A stretch of DNA of 64,000 bases from Leucoraja ocellata (lineage: Eukaryota): NCBI GenBank assembly GCA_036785375.1, contig JAWMAR010001015.1, forward strand, positions 1 to 64,000, given 5' to 3'. The notes beneath the pieces were generated by a model. It did not search any database, was not told the origin of the DNA, and was given only the letters and a program-made list of their open reading frames with translations. Below, one piece after another: positions 1 through 13,004 of the stretch (its first letter is position 1; each line of letters opens with the position of its first letter). Both the position numbers and the translations under genes were made by a program.

Positions 1-470
1 CCTGTCTGCCCTGGGCCTCCTCCACTGTCAGAGTGAGGCCCAGCGCAAATTGGAGGAACAGCATCTCATATTTTGCTTGGGCAGCTTACACCCCAGCGGT
101 ATCACTATTGACTTCTCTAACTTCAAGTAACCCTAGCTTTCCCTCTCTCTCCATCCCTCCCCCACCCTAGTTCTCTGACCAGTTTCACTGTCCTCCTGAT
201 TAAATATTACTGATTGTGTGCCTCGTTGTCACCTTCCCCATAGCTAACAATGAACCTTTCTACATTTCCTTATCACGATCTGCTTTGATCTATCCTTTTC
301 ACACCTTTCCCCTCCATATCTCTATACCCCCTCCCAGTCTGAAGAAAGGTCTCACCCCAAAACATCACCCATTCCTTCTCTCGAGAGTTGCTGCCTTACC
401 CGCAGAGTTACTCTAGCATTTTGTGTCTATCTTCGGTGTAAACCAGCATCTGCAGTTCCTTCCTGCACAA
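1..470 (+). mobile_element. Penelope-like retroelement 3' remnant (GIY-YIG endonuclease C-terminus plus terminal repeat)
   Basis: About 44-115 reads RKLEEQHLIFCLGSLHPSGITIDF, typical of the Penelope endonuclease end. It is followed by the gtctgaagaa...cagcatctgcagttcct terminal module repeated across the window. Confidence 0.7.
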
Positions 471-1409
471 CTGTCAATGTATGTGAACCACATTCCCTCA
501 TGATACTAATAAGCACATACCATTTGCAGAGGCAGCAGACAATGATCAGTTTAAGACACTATATGGGAAAATAGGACTTATGTTCCCTTTCTACAAACTG
601 TAAAGGACCTCAGCCCGTAAAGGACCTTGCTTGCCTCGAGGAATGAGGGGGGCTCCTCATAGAAACTTACCGAATAGTGAAAGGCCTGGATAGAGTGGAT
701 GTGGAGAGGATGTTTCCACTAGTGGAAGAGACTAGGACCAGACTGCACTTTATTGCTCCTCGTTAGATCAGGAACTAAAATAAGAAACCCGCAGTACATT
801 GAGCAACATCAGGTAACAGGAAAGATTTTTGCCGTAAATTGCCCCACCTGCTCACTTGAACATTTCCAGCCTCATCCCATCTCTGGTTTTAAGCCAAATA
901 TCTGTGCTTGCCTTCTCCCCATAACCCTTGATTCCACTAGTCCCTAGAGCTCTATCTAACTCTGTCTTAAATCCATCCAGTAATTTGGCCTCCACTGCCC
1001 TATAAGGATATAGGACTAGTGTATGGGTGATCGTTGGTTGGTGTGGACACGGTGGGCTGAAGGGCCTGTTTTCATGCCATCTCTCTAAAACAAACTATTG
1101 TCGTTACCTCGTTGGTCTCAGTTTAACATTGCTTGTGAAAGTCAGCAAAGTGCAAGATTCTTTCTATAGCCCTCAGACCAGTGAGCCCATGGGCTCATCT
1201 CTTAACCAGACAGTCAAAACCTTTTTTAGTTTAGTTTATAGATGCAGCACTGTATCAGACCCTCCTGGTTGCGAAACGCTTTAACTACCCCTCCCATTCC
1301 CACACTGACCTTTCTGTCCCGATCACATTGACAACCCAGACGCGGCTCCGACCCTCCCCCTCTCCCTCTCCCGCCCCCACTCACTGCTTCATGTTCTCCC
1401 CCAGCACCT

Positions 1410-1850
1410 CCGCTGAGAGAATGGAGAGGCTGGGCTTGTATACTCTGGAGTTCAGATGGATGAGAGGGCGTCTTATTGAAACATATAAGATTATTAAGGG
1501 TTTGGACATGATAGAGGCAGGAAACATGTTCCCAATGTTGGGGCCAGAACTAGGGGCAACAGTTTAAGAATAAGGGGTAAGATATTTAGAACGGAGATGA
1601 TGAAACACTTTATCACACAGAGAGTTGTGAGTGTGGAATTCTCTGCCAGTGGGCGGTGGAGGCCGGTTCTCTGTATACTTTCAAGAGAGAGCAAGATAGG
1701 GCTCTTAAAGATAGTGGAGTCAGGGGATATGGGGAGAAGGCAGGAACGGGGTACTGATTTGGGATGATCAGCCATGATCACATTGAATAGCGGTGCTGAC
1801 TCGAAGGGCCGAATGGCCTACTCCTGCACCTATTGTCTATTGTCTATGTT
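1410..1850 (+). mobile_element. CR1-clade LINE (HER1-like) 3' fragment
   Basis: ERMERLGLYTLEFR..LIETYKIIKGLD C-terminal motif, 3' UTR ggccgaatggcctactcctgcacc and tandem ctattgt tail. Confidence 0.85.
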
Positions 1851-2794
1851 TATTGATTGTGGCCCTGGCTGCTGCTTCAGTCTTAAACCTGATTCACTGA
1901 GCAGCCTTGGTTCTCATCAGCAAACATCAGCTGAAACACATTCTGCAGGGATTCTGCCCACGGCATTTTGTAATGCTGTAAAGGCAGCTTGTCACAACTT
2001 TTTAGTTTGTCCTTAGTTTATTGCTTTGATGCTGCCAATTCCCATCTACCCGATCACTTTAACTACAGTCATCAGGGTGGATCTCTATGATCAGCTCGAG
2101 TAAACACAGAATAAGTTGCTGGTGGGAGTCTCTCAGCTCCATCAGAACCTAAAATGCAGGTGTACGTACATCTGGACAGCTCGTTCCCATTAATCAGTGT
2201 AATCATGATCAATGAAATTCACCATCACTTTGAGCCCATTTCTAAACGTGGCAAATTTACTGAAATACGGAGAGGGTCTTCATTGCCCATTGGTTTTAAT
2301 TCTTTCAGCCCCATTTCGTGGGGTAAACATGAACCTGTTAGTGCAAAACACAGCATCAGAATTATTTTTTTCATATGTAAAGCAGTATGCTTATTCTTTG
2401 TAGTAACAGCTCTGCTGGGAGGGCCCCCTGCTCAAATTAAACCTGCCTGTGCAACCTATGAGGAAGTGTAAGGAGAAGGACTGGGTCGAAATGTTATCAG
2501 AGTTTCAGACATCTGGCAGTTATTAATAACAAATGATTGCTGCGATTCAAGTAAATCAATGGCTGTCTTTGATACCTCATGAAGTTTTCATCCACGTTAA
2601 TGCAAATGATAATGTAATGAAATTTAATGAAGTGGATCTCCCTCCTCTTAAAGCCCAGATAAACATGTGGCAGTCTGTGGCCCATGGATGGTATTGTGAG
2701 GTGTTGATTTGTTCAATGTGTTTATTTAATTTCTGCAGGTTCAATTTGTCTGCCATTAGCAGTCATGATATTGTATTACAGAATATAATAAAAA

Positions 2795-3270
2795 TGATCT
2801 GCAGATGCTGGTTTGTACCAAAGATCGACACAAAATGCTGGAGTAGCTCAACAGGTCAGGCAGCATCTCTGGAGAAAATGGGTAGGGGAAGTGTCAGCTT
2901 GGGACCCTTCTTCAGTGTGAGGAGAGAAGAGAGAGAGGGATTGCAAGGGTTACTTGAAGTTGGAGAAATCAATATTCATACCGCTGGGTTGTAAGCTGCC
3001 CAAGCATAATATGAGGTGCTAGTTCTGCAATTTGCATGTGGCCTCAGTCTGATAGTGGAGGAGGCACAGGACGGAAAGGTCAATGTGGGAATGGGAAGAG
3101 GAGTTAACATCTTTGGCAACTGGTAGGTCTCGTAGGCCAAGGTGGACTGAGCCTAGGTGTGTCAGCAAAATGATCGCCCAGTCTGTGCTTAGTCTCGCCG
3201 ATACATTGGAGGTTGGAGGAGGTGCGTGAACCTCTGCCTCACCTAAGAGGACTGTCGGGGTCCCTTGCAA
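2795..3270 (-). mobile_element. Penelope-like retroelement remnant
   Basis: Reverse-complement homolog of 1-470; ORF 3019-3270(-) carries a degenerate GIY-YIG-type region (..SHSHIDLSVLCLLHYQTEATCKL..). Confidence 0.65.
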
Positions 3271-4103
3271 TCCCTATCTCTCCCTCCCTCCACCACCCGA
3301 GACAACTTGCTAGTTTCATGGTTCGTATCCCTTTATTATCACTTCATCCACAGCCAACAATAGACCATTGTGGGCTCTACCTTTCCTGAGTCATCGATGA
3401 TGGCTCTCATTTATTTTGTACCTTTTCATATCTCTAGTTTCCCTTTCCCCTGACTCAGTCTGAAGAACGGTCTTGACCCGAAATTTCTCCAGAGATGCTC
3501 TCTGACCCGCTGTGTTACTCCAGCATTTTGGGCCTATTTCGGTGTAAACTAGCATCTGCAATTCCTATCGATAATCTCCCTCACCTCTATCTACCTATCA
3601 CTTGCCAGGTTTTGTCCTACCCCCCCCCACACCCCACACACACTCCACCACCACAATCAATGAAGAAGAATCCCAACCTGAAACATCACAACCATGTTCT
3701 CCAGAGATGCTGCCTGACCCATTTTTACTCCAGCACTTTATTTTGTAGTGGTGCCTTTAGTATTTTTAGTTTGAGGTACCAAAAGAAAGATATTATAGAT
3801 ATTGAAAATACCTTTATTTTTAAAATCCTGTTGGAAAAGGTAACTTTCTTATTGCGAATCTGAAACACTTTAGCCCCGAAGCCTCCTTTCCCCCATTGGT
3901 ATCATTGTCTTTACAAAGTGATTTTGTACAACATGAAGCTTCTTCAGAACACAATTATCACATTGGAGCAGATTATTTGTAATGGGTCCTGAACACTTTC
4001 CCATCAGCACTCCATAGCAGATGCAGCACAGATCAGTACAGAGGAGAGTTTCTGCCATATTATAACAAGATCTTTCCTGGTCCCAGCACACTGATGAAAT
4101 TAT

Positions 4104-4340
4104 AGGTCCTTTTCAGAATGGCAGGCAGTGGCGAGTGGAGTGCCGCAAGGCTCGGTGTTGGGGCCGCAACTGTTTACCATATATATTAATGATTTGGAAG
4201 AGGGAATTAGGAGCAACACTGGCAAATTTGTGGATGACACAAAGCTGGCTGGCAGTGTGAACTGTGAAGAGGATGTTGGGAGGTTGCAGGGTGACCTGGA
4301 CAGGTTGAGTGAGTGGGCAGATGCGTGGCAGATGCAGTAG
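4104..4340 (+). mobile_element. CR1 LINE RT fragment
   Basis: SGVPQGSVLGPQLFTIYINDL...KFVDDTKL RT motifs. Confidence 0.85.
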
Positions 4341-4344
4341 TCAC

Positions 4345-5000
4345 TCAAGTCAAGTCCAGTCAAGTCAAGAGAGTTTTATTGTCATGTGTCCCAGATAGGG
4401 CAATGACATTCTTGCTTGCTGCAGCACAACAGAATATGTAAACATGTTTCAGAAAAGGAGATAAAAGTTCAGTGTCTGTAGACCATAGACCATATATATA
4501 CACAATAAATAACCGGATATGTTGCAATAGGCTGCTATTGTTCAGAGTTTGTTTGATGGCGTGTTTAATAGCCTGATGGCTGTGGGGAAGTTGCTGTTCC
4601 TGAACCTGGATGTTCCAGTTTTCAAGCTCCTGTACCTTCTTCCCGATGGCAACGGAGAGATGAGTGTGTGGCCAGGATGGTGTGGGTCCTTGATGATGTT
4701 GGCAGGCTTTTTGAGCCAGCGACTGCGATAGGTCCCTTCGATGGTGGGGAGGTCAGAGCCGATGGTGGACTGGGCAGTGGTCACAACTTTCTGTATTCTT
4801 TTCCGCTCCTAACGAACCAAGCCACGATGCAACCAGTCAGTATGCTCTCTACTGTGCACCTGTAGAAGTGCGAGAGAGTCCTCCTTGACATACCGACTCT
4901 CCGTAATCTTCACAGGAAGTAGAGGCGCTGATGTGCCTTCATTATGATTGCATCAGTGTGCTGGGACCAGGAAAGACCTTCGGAAATATGCAAGCCAGCT
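4345..5000 (-). mobile_element. Rex1/Babar-type LINE 3' fragment
   Basis: [21 protein letters not shown]...RFRNSNFPTAIRLLN C-terminal motif; (ttgac)n tail on the minus strand. Confidence 0.8.
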
Positions 5001-6185
5001 GACTGTGATTCCATAAGGAAATGACCAATTGCATTGGGCACAAGAGCAAAGCAGGAAGGTTTGCTTTGTGTTGAGAGATCATTGCTAGGTTTGGATTAAT
5101 CCTGAGCTTGAATTTAAACCAATGCTCTTAACGTGCCTCAGTTGATGGGAAACGCTGGGATACAAAGGGGGTGGGCTTTATGCTGCTGTTTAATAGAGCT
5201 CTGGTTAGACCACATCTGGTGCTCTGGGTGTGATTCCGGGCAGCACCGATCTGGAAGGATAGACAATAGACAATCGGTGCAGGAGTAGGCCATTCGGCCC
5301 TTCGAGTCAGCAACGCCATTCGCTGTGATCATGGCTGATCATCCACAATCAGTACCCCGTTCCTGCCTTCTCTCCATATTCCCTGACTCCATTATCTTTA
5401 AGAGCCCTATCTAGCTCTCTCTTGAAAGTATCCAGACATCCGGCCTCCACCACCATCTGAGGCAGAGAATTCCACTGACTCACAACTTTCTGGGTGAAAA
5501 AGTGTTCCCTCATCCCGTTCTATGACCAGTCAGTATGCTCTCTACTGTGTACCTGTGGAAGTTTGAGAGAGTCCTCCTTGACAAACCGACTCTCCGTAAT
5601 CTTCTCAGCTGATGTGCCTTCGTTATGATTGCATCAGTGTGCTGGGACCAGGAAAGATCTTCGGAAATATGCATGCCAGCTGTCTGTGATTCCATAAGGA
5701 AATGACCAATTGCATTGGGCACAAGAACAAAGCAGGAAGGTTTGCTTTGTGTTGAGAGACCACTGGTAGATTTGGTTTAATCCTGAGCTTGAATTTAAAG
5801 TAACGCTCTTAACGTGCCTCAGTTGATGGGAATCACTGGGATACAAAGGGGGTGGGGTTTAAACAGCTGTTTAATAGAATTAGACCACATCTGGAGCTCT
5901 GGGTGTAATTCCGGGCAGCACCGCTCAGGAAGAATAGACAATAGGTGCAGGAGTAGGCCATTCGGCCCTTTGAGCCAGCACCGCCATTCGCTGTGATCAT
6001 GGCTGATCGTCCACAATCAGTACCCCGTTCCTGACTTCTCCCCATATCCCCTGACTCCATTATCTTTAAGAGCCCTATCTAGCTCTCTCTTGAAAGTATC
6101 CAGAGAACCGGCCTCCATCGCTCTCTGAGGCAGAGAATTCCCCAGACTCAAACTCTCTGGGTTAAAAATGTTACCTCATCCCATT
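4832..6185. repeat. Local direct duplication, period about 693 bp
   Basis: accagtcagtatgctctctactgtg...cctcatccc occurs at 4832-5520 and again at 5525-6185, with scattered substitutions. Confidence 0.85.
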
Positions 6186-6735
6186 CTAAATCCCTTACCC
6201 CTTATTCTTAAACTGTGGCCCCTGGTTCTGGACTCCTCCAACATCAGGTACATATATCCTGCCTCTAGCGTGTCCAAACCCTTAATAATCTTGTATGTTT
6301 CAATAAGATCCTTTCTCATCCTTCTAAATTCCAGATTATACAAGCCAAGCCGCTCCATTCTCTCAGTATATGACAGTCCCACCATCCTGGGAATTAACCT
6401 TGTGAACCTACGCTGCACTGGCTTAATAACAAGAATGTCCTTCCTCAATTTAGGGGACCAAAACTGCACAAAATACCCCAGGTGTGGTCTCACTCGGGCC
6501 CTGTACAACTGTAGAAGGACCTCTTTGCTCCAATACTCAACTCCTCTGGTTATGAAGGTCAACATGCCATTCGCTTTCTTCACTGCCTGCTGTACCTGAA
6601 TGCTTACTTTCATTGACTGATGTACAAGGACCCCCAGATCCCATTGTACTTTCCCTTTTCCCAACTTGACACCATTCAAATAATACTCTGCCTTTCTGTT
6701 TTTGCCACCAAGGTGGATAACCTCACATTTATTAG
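5930..6735 (-). mobile_element. CR1 LINE 3' fragment
   Basis: ORF 6176-6853(-): KCEVIHLG...AVKKANGML...RPHL.Y.VQFWSP...RTRGHSLRI. Confidence 0.9.
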
Positions 6736-7229
6736 GGCTGCCAACATTGGGTGAGAGTTGAGAGTGAGAAATTGCCCCCCCCCCCCCCCCCCCCCTCTCC
6801 CACGGTAGGGAGCTTTCGCATTTTTCAGCTTTAAATTGTGCAATCTGGTGCATACTGTAGTGAGTCTTTTAACTTACACTTGAATGCAACATTTATGCTT
6901 TAAATTGGATTAGGTATGAATAAGGTTAGGCTGAATTGCATTCCTGATTACATTCGACAATAGAGCCAGGCTCTGATCAACAGCACATGGTGCAGCACAT
7001 GAATGATTATATTAATGTATGGAAATCAGATTATATTCATGCTGTTATGCGTATATATATATAGAGAAAAACACAGAGAACTAAGGCAAGAGTCGGACTT
7101 CCACCACTGTCTGTACAAACAAATCAATCATCCTTACCTTTTGAATTTAGAAACAAGTTTAAAATAATGCCGCATATTCAATCACATATGGTTCAATGAA
7201 ATTAAGATATATATGTAAAATATATAAAT

Positions 7230-7435
7230 GGAAACAGGCACTTCAGCCCACCAAGGCCACACTGACCAGCAATCTATCATATACCAGTTACGTCCATCAC
7301 GCCAGGGACAATTTACAGAAGCCAATTAACCTACAAACCAGCACTTCTTTCAGATATGGGAGAAACTGGAATATCCAGAGAAAACCCATGTAATAGTAAG
7401 GCAGCAACTCTACTGCTGCGCCACCGTGCCACACC
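7230..7435 (-). mobile_element. tRNA-derived SINE (elasmobranch HE1-like)
   Basis: Minus-strand 5' end reads ggcacggtggcgcagcagtagagttgctgcc (A-box-like head); a homologous copy lies at 34600-35350. Confidence 0.6.
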
Positions 7436-8002
7436 ATTAAATTATTTTTTCTGTAATATATTTTTTATGGTGCCACGTCAATAAAGATGAACATGTGATT
7501 CTGATTTCTGCCCTTAGCTGGATAACACACATCTCAAATCATTGCGTTTCAACCTCTTCAGTCTGAAGATCTCGACCCAAAACATCACCCATTCTTTCGC
7601 TCCAGAGATGCTGCCTGTCCTGCTGAGTTTTACTAGTTTTTAGTGTCTATCTTCAGTTTAAACCAGCATCTGCAGTTCCTTCCTACACTGTTTGTTAAGC
7701 AAAATAGCTCCGATTCTCATAATATTTTTCACCTCAACTAAGTTTTTCCTTCATCTCCGATACTGCAGAGAATACAATCCCAGTTATCAAATCTTTCTCC
7801 AAAATGAAACAAAAAATTCCAGCCCTGCCAACATATTCATAAATCACCCCTGGATACTCTCCAGAGCAATTACACCCTTTCTACAATGTGTCATAGTCTT
7901 ACAGCATGGAAACAGGCCCTTCATCCCAACTTGTTAATGCAGACAAGATGCCCCATCTAAACTAGTCCCATTTATCCGCATTTGGCCTACATCCCTTTAA
8001 AC

Positions 8003-8041
8003 CTTGTGTGTGCCAGTGTGTGTGTGTGTGTGTGTGTGTGT
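8003..8041. repeat. (GT)n microsatellite
   Basis: Direct reading. Confidence 0.95.
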
Positions 8042-8145
8042 CAGTGAAGTGGCAAAAACATCCGGAGTGAGATGAGACTTGGCGATGCCCGAGGAGCATT
8101 TCCCTCTCGGGAATGCGGGCTGGCCCAGGTGCTCCTTGTCCAGCT

Positions 8146-8275
8146 GGGGTCCGGGGGAGGTGAGGGTCAGTGACCCGGGGGTCCGGGGGAGGTGAGGGTC
8201 AGTGACCCGAGGGTCCGGGGGAGGTGAGGGTCAGTGACCCGGGGGTCCGGGGGAGGTGAGGGTCAGTGACCCGGG
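8146..8275. repeat. 32-bp G-rich minisatellite, 4 copies
   Basis: tgagggtcagtgaccc recurs at 8161, 8193, 8225 and 8257. Confidence 0.95.
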
Positions 8276-8534
8276 TGTCGGGCATCAAAGCGGACCCTTA
8301 GCCCGAGATTCATCCCCGCGGCTCCGGATGAGGCACCGACGCCCCCACTCACCCGGTCAGTTCCTGGCTACGGGCCGGGGTTAAAACTCCATGGGGTGTG
8401 GACAGAACGGCCGATGGACATAGAGCCACCGGTGGTGAGGGTGGGAGGTGTGTGCCGTGCCTTGGGGGAGAAGAGGGAAGGGGGTTGGTGCTGGGACCAC
8501 CGTCGTTTCTCACCTCATCTGCACGGGAGAAACT

Positions 8535-8850
8535 AAACTCCTTTTTTCTCTCTCCCGCCTTTCTTAAAAAGTGGAATAACATTAGCTACCCTCCAATCCA
8601 CAGGAACTGATCCTGAATCTATAGAACATTGGAAAATGAACACCATTGCATCCATGATTTCTAGAGCCACGTCCTTAAATGCCCTGGGATGCAGACCATC
8701 AGGCCCTGGGGATTTATCAACCTTCAGTCCTAGCAGTCTACCCAACACCATTTGCAGCCTAATGTGGATTTCCTTCTCTTCCTCTGTCACCCCAGATCCT
8801 CTGGCCACTAGTACATCAGGAAGATTGTTTGTGGCCTCCTTAGTGAAGAC
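8535..8850 (-). mobile_element. CR1 LINE RT fragment
   Basis: KSPGPDGLHPR...VPVDWRVANVIPLFKKGGRE. Confidence 0.85.
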
Positions 8851-9157
8851 GGATGTGTGTATTGGAGGTGGTGCAGCGGGTGCATCCCCTCCAGGGACAG
8901 TGGCAGTGGGAGAGAAGTGGTTGGAATATCAGGTCTGGTTCTATGCTCCCTGAGGTGAGGAGAATTGAAGGTGTAATTGGGGAGATTAAAATAATCACTG
9001 GATGCACTGGAGCAGACGAAGAATCTGCTTCCTCTGCCGTGGATCCAAACAAGGACAAAAACATAAACATGGCATCCAGGATATTGGTAACCCAGAACTG
9101 CCCCTGGAAGCTGTCAAGACTGGGGTTCAGTTGAAAGTTTCCACATGGACAGAATGT

Positions 9158-11205
9158 TAGAAACATAGAAACATAGAAAACAGGTGCAGGAGTAGGCCAT
9201 TCAGCCCTTTGTGCCAGCACTGCCATTCAATATGATCATGGCTGATCATCCAAAATCAGTAACCTGTTCCTGTTTTTCCCCATAGCCCTTGATTCCGTTA
9301 GCCCAAAGAGCTATATCTAACTATCTTGAAAACATCTAGCGATTTGGGCTCCATTGCCTTCTGTGGCAGAGAATTCCACAGATTCACAACTTGATGGGTG
9401 AAAAAGTTTTTCCTCATCTCAGTCCTAAATGGCCTACCCCTTTTTCTGAAACTCTGGTTCTGGACTCCCCCAACATCGGGAGCATTTTTCCTGCATCTAG
9501 CCTGTCCAATCCCTAAAGAATTTTATATGTTTCTATAAGATCCCCTCTCATCTTTCTAAATTCCAGTGAATACAAGCCCAGTCGACACATTCTTTCATCA
9601 TATGTCAGTCGCGCCGTCCTGGGAATTAACCTGGTGAACCTACTCTGCACTCCCTCAATAGCAAGAATGTCCTTCTACAAATTAGAAGACCAAAACTGCA
9701 CACAATAATACTCCAGGTGCGGTCTCACCAGGGCCCTGCACAACTGCAGTAGGACCTCCTTGCTCATTTACTCAAATCATCTCGGTAGGAAGGCTTAAAT
9801 GCCTTTAGCTTTCTTCACTGCCTGCTGTTCCTGCATGCTTACTGTCAGTGAATGATGTACAGGGAAACCCAGGTCTCGCTGCACTTCCTCTTTTCCTCAT
9901 CTGACACCATTCAGATAATAATCCACCTTCCTGTTCTTACCACCAAAGTAGATAACCTCACATGTATCCACATTATACTGCATCTGCAATGCAACTGCCT
10001 ACTGACCCAACCTATCCAAGTCATCCTGCAGCCTCTTAGCATCCTCCTCAGCTCACACTGCCACCCAGCTTTGTATCATCTGCAAACGTGGAGATGTTAC
10101 ATTTGATTCCCTTGTCTAAATTGTTAATCTATATTGTAAATAATTGGGGTCCCAGCACCAAACCTTGCGCCACTTGTCATTGCCTGCCATTCTGAAAAGG
10201 CCATGTTAATTCCTACTCTTTGCTTCCTGTCTGTCAACCAGTTTTCTATCCATGTCAGTACCCTACCCCCAATACTGTGTGCTCTCATTATGCACACAAA
10301 TCTCTTGTGTGGGCCTTGTCAAAGGCTTTTTGAATGTCCAGATACACAACATGCATTGGCTCTCCCTTATCCATTCTAGATGTTACATCCTCAAAAATTT
10401 CCAGAAGATTAGGCAAGCATGATTTCCCCTTCATAAATCCATGCTGACTGACTGATCCTGTCACTGCTTTAAAAATGCGCTGCTAATACATATTTAATAA
10501 TCGACTCAAGCATCTTCCCCACTATCAATGGAAGGCTAACTGGTCTATAATTCCCTGTTTTCTCTCTCCCTCCTTTCTTAAAAAGTGGGGTTACATTAGC
10601 TACCCTCCAGTCCTCAGGAACTGATCCAGAGCCTATAGAACATTGGAAAATGATCACGAATGCATTCACAATTTCTATGGCCACCTCCTTGGGTACTCTG
10701 GGATGCAGACCATCAGGCCCTTTGGATTTATCGGCCTTCAGTCCCAACTGTTTACCCAACACCATTTCATGACTAATATCATTTTCCTTCAGTTCCTCCA
10801 TCACGCCAGATCCTCAGTCCCCTAGTATTTCTGGGATATTGTTTGTGTCTTCCTTAGTGAAGACAGAACCAAAGTACTTGTTTAACTGGTCTACCATTTC
10901 CTTGTTTCCCATTATAAATTCATCTGTTTCTGACTTTGAGGAACCTACATTTGTCTTCACTAATCTTTTCCTCTTCACATACAGTACAGTATCAAAAAAT
11001 GTTTTAACGGTCAGTTTTGATATCCCCCGCAAGCTTTCTTTCATACTATTTTTCCCCTCTTTATTAATCCCTTTTGTCCTCCTCTGCTGAATTCTAAATT
11101 TCCCCCAATCCTGTGGTTTGCTGCTTCCTCCAGCCAATTTATATGCCTCTTCCTTGGATTTAACACTATCCTTCATTTTCCTTGTTAGCCACAGTTGAGC
11201 CACCT
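9158..11205 (-). mobile_element. CR1 LINE, about 2 kb 5'-truncated degenerate copy
   Basis: Frameshifted RT ORFs (10469-10804, 10814-11203) with GPDGLHPR and GNYRPVSL; (ctatgttt)n tail at 9158-9180. Confidence 0.9.
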
Positions 11206-11914
11206 TCTTTGGTGATTAAAGGACTCCATTTATACAAGGTGGATAAATGGAGTTCAAACACAGATCAGCAGAGAGTGGGAATGGGCTGTAGGGCTGAAGA
11301 ACCTTTTTACTGATCCTCTATGCATGGGACAAATTTGAACACAATCTCTGCATGCAGCTGTTGATTTACCAGAAACATGTTTCATATTTTGACTGTTGAT
11401 GGGTGTGTGAAACTGGACAGTGATGTGGGCACTATTTCCTTCACCTCAGATTTCCTGTTGGAGATGGCAGATTGTCTTAATCTGAACAGGGGGAATCCCA
11501 CAGGGAACAGACTTGCTAAAAAGAACAAGCAGGCTGCTTGACATATGGAAATATGTCCCTGACTTAAAGACCAACACCTATAAACAATTCTTACGTTACT
11601 GAAAAGATAACTGACCAATAGGACTGAGTCTGAAGACAGAGATGTGCTTCATGCAAGTGTGGAGAATATCGGTCATTTTTAGTAAAACAACAGCATTTAG
11701 TCGGATTAAACCTCATTTTCCATTTCTTTGCCCATTTCTGAGCTGATCTATATCGTCTTTACTTTAGAGTGCATCTGCCCACTCACCCAACCAATCCAAG
11801 TCACCCTGCAGCCTCATAGCATCCTCCTCGCAGATCTATACTTTAACATCCTTGCTCACTGTCCGCAGATCACTGCAGAGCTCAGCTGGTCACAGACTTC
11901 CACTCTGAATAATG

Positions 11915-12250
11915 CCCTTCACCACAAGCCTCTGTCTTCTATCAGTAAACAGGTATTGACCCAGACGACAAAATCACTCTGAAGGCTGTGCATTTTGACC
12001 TTCTTGGACAACCAACCATGGAGAACTTTCTCAAATGCCTTACTATGGTCCATATGGACAACATCCACTGCCCTACCTTCATCGATCACCTTTGTCACCT
12101 CCTCAACAAAATCAATCAAGTTAGTAAGACATGATCTGTGGCGTACAAAGCCATGCTGATGGTCCCTTACTAGCTCATTGGCTTCCAAATGGTAGTAAAT
12201 CCTATCCCAAAGAATCCTCTCCAATTACATTCCTACCACTGATGTGAGGC
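11915..12250 (-). mobile_element. Older CR1-like RT fragment
   Basis: QHGFVRHRSCLTNLIDF...AVDVVHMD.SKAF.KV. Confidence 0.8.
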
Positions 12251-13004
12251 AAAACATACTTTGGAATACAAGTGGAACCAAAACATTCATACCCCGAGAG
12301 AAAGAAAATACTGAATGTCTAATCTATCTCTAAATGCCTTTTAATCATTGCTGTCGTATCTGCTTCCACAACGTCCCCTGGTAATGCATTCCAAACATCA
12401 ATGTTTTGTACAATCTTCATATCTACTGTCATACGCCTGAGGACATCGACCACCTCCATGTCCATAATACACACTGTCCTCAAGACATCTCCATTAACTG
12501 TCCCAAGTTCCTGTAAAAGGGCAAATGGCAATGGTAAAAGTGAGGTTGAAAGGGTAACAGGACATCTGTTTAGCTGCCATGGGAGTTGGATTGAGCTGTG
12601 TTTGTTGCTCTATGTCTGTTGGAGCTGCATGATTTAGAACTGTTGTGAGACCATTCTGAAGTAGGAACAGATGCTCCACAGAACGTCTCTCCCTGTGATT
12701 TCCTGCCATTGAGCACTTGGCTGCTCCCTTGACTGGGCAGCCTCCTGTTTCTCAGTGTGACTGCTTCTCTTAGTGTTGCACTTCCTGTTCTTGAAAACAT
12801 GGATCAAAAGACCCATAGCTGACACAGATCAAAGGGTTTTCTAACAGCAGTGAGGGGACACCTGTCCAGGAGTGAAACTCAGTTTTAATCTCTGCGAGAG
12901 AAAATTCCTCACCAATATATAATCCTCCTTCCACCCAAGATATTCTGGTTCACATTGATTCTTCCAAGGTTAGTGGAGGCAGAAGATTCTGCTAATAAGT
13001 TTTA

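Noticed and set aside
2600-2607. Perfect octamer ATGCAAAT in unique sequence
   Set aside because: It is 17.6 kb from VH; an 8-mer is expected by chance in 64 kb, and there is no supporting evidence.
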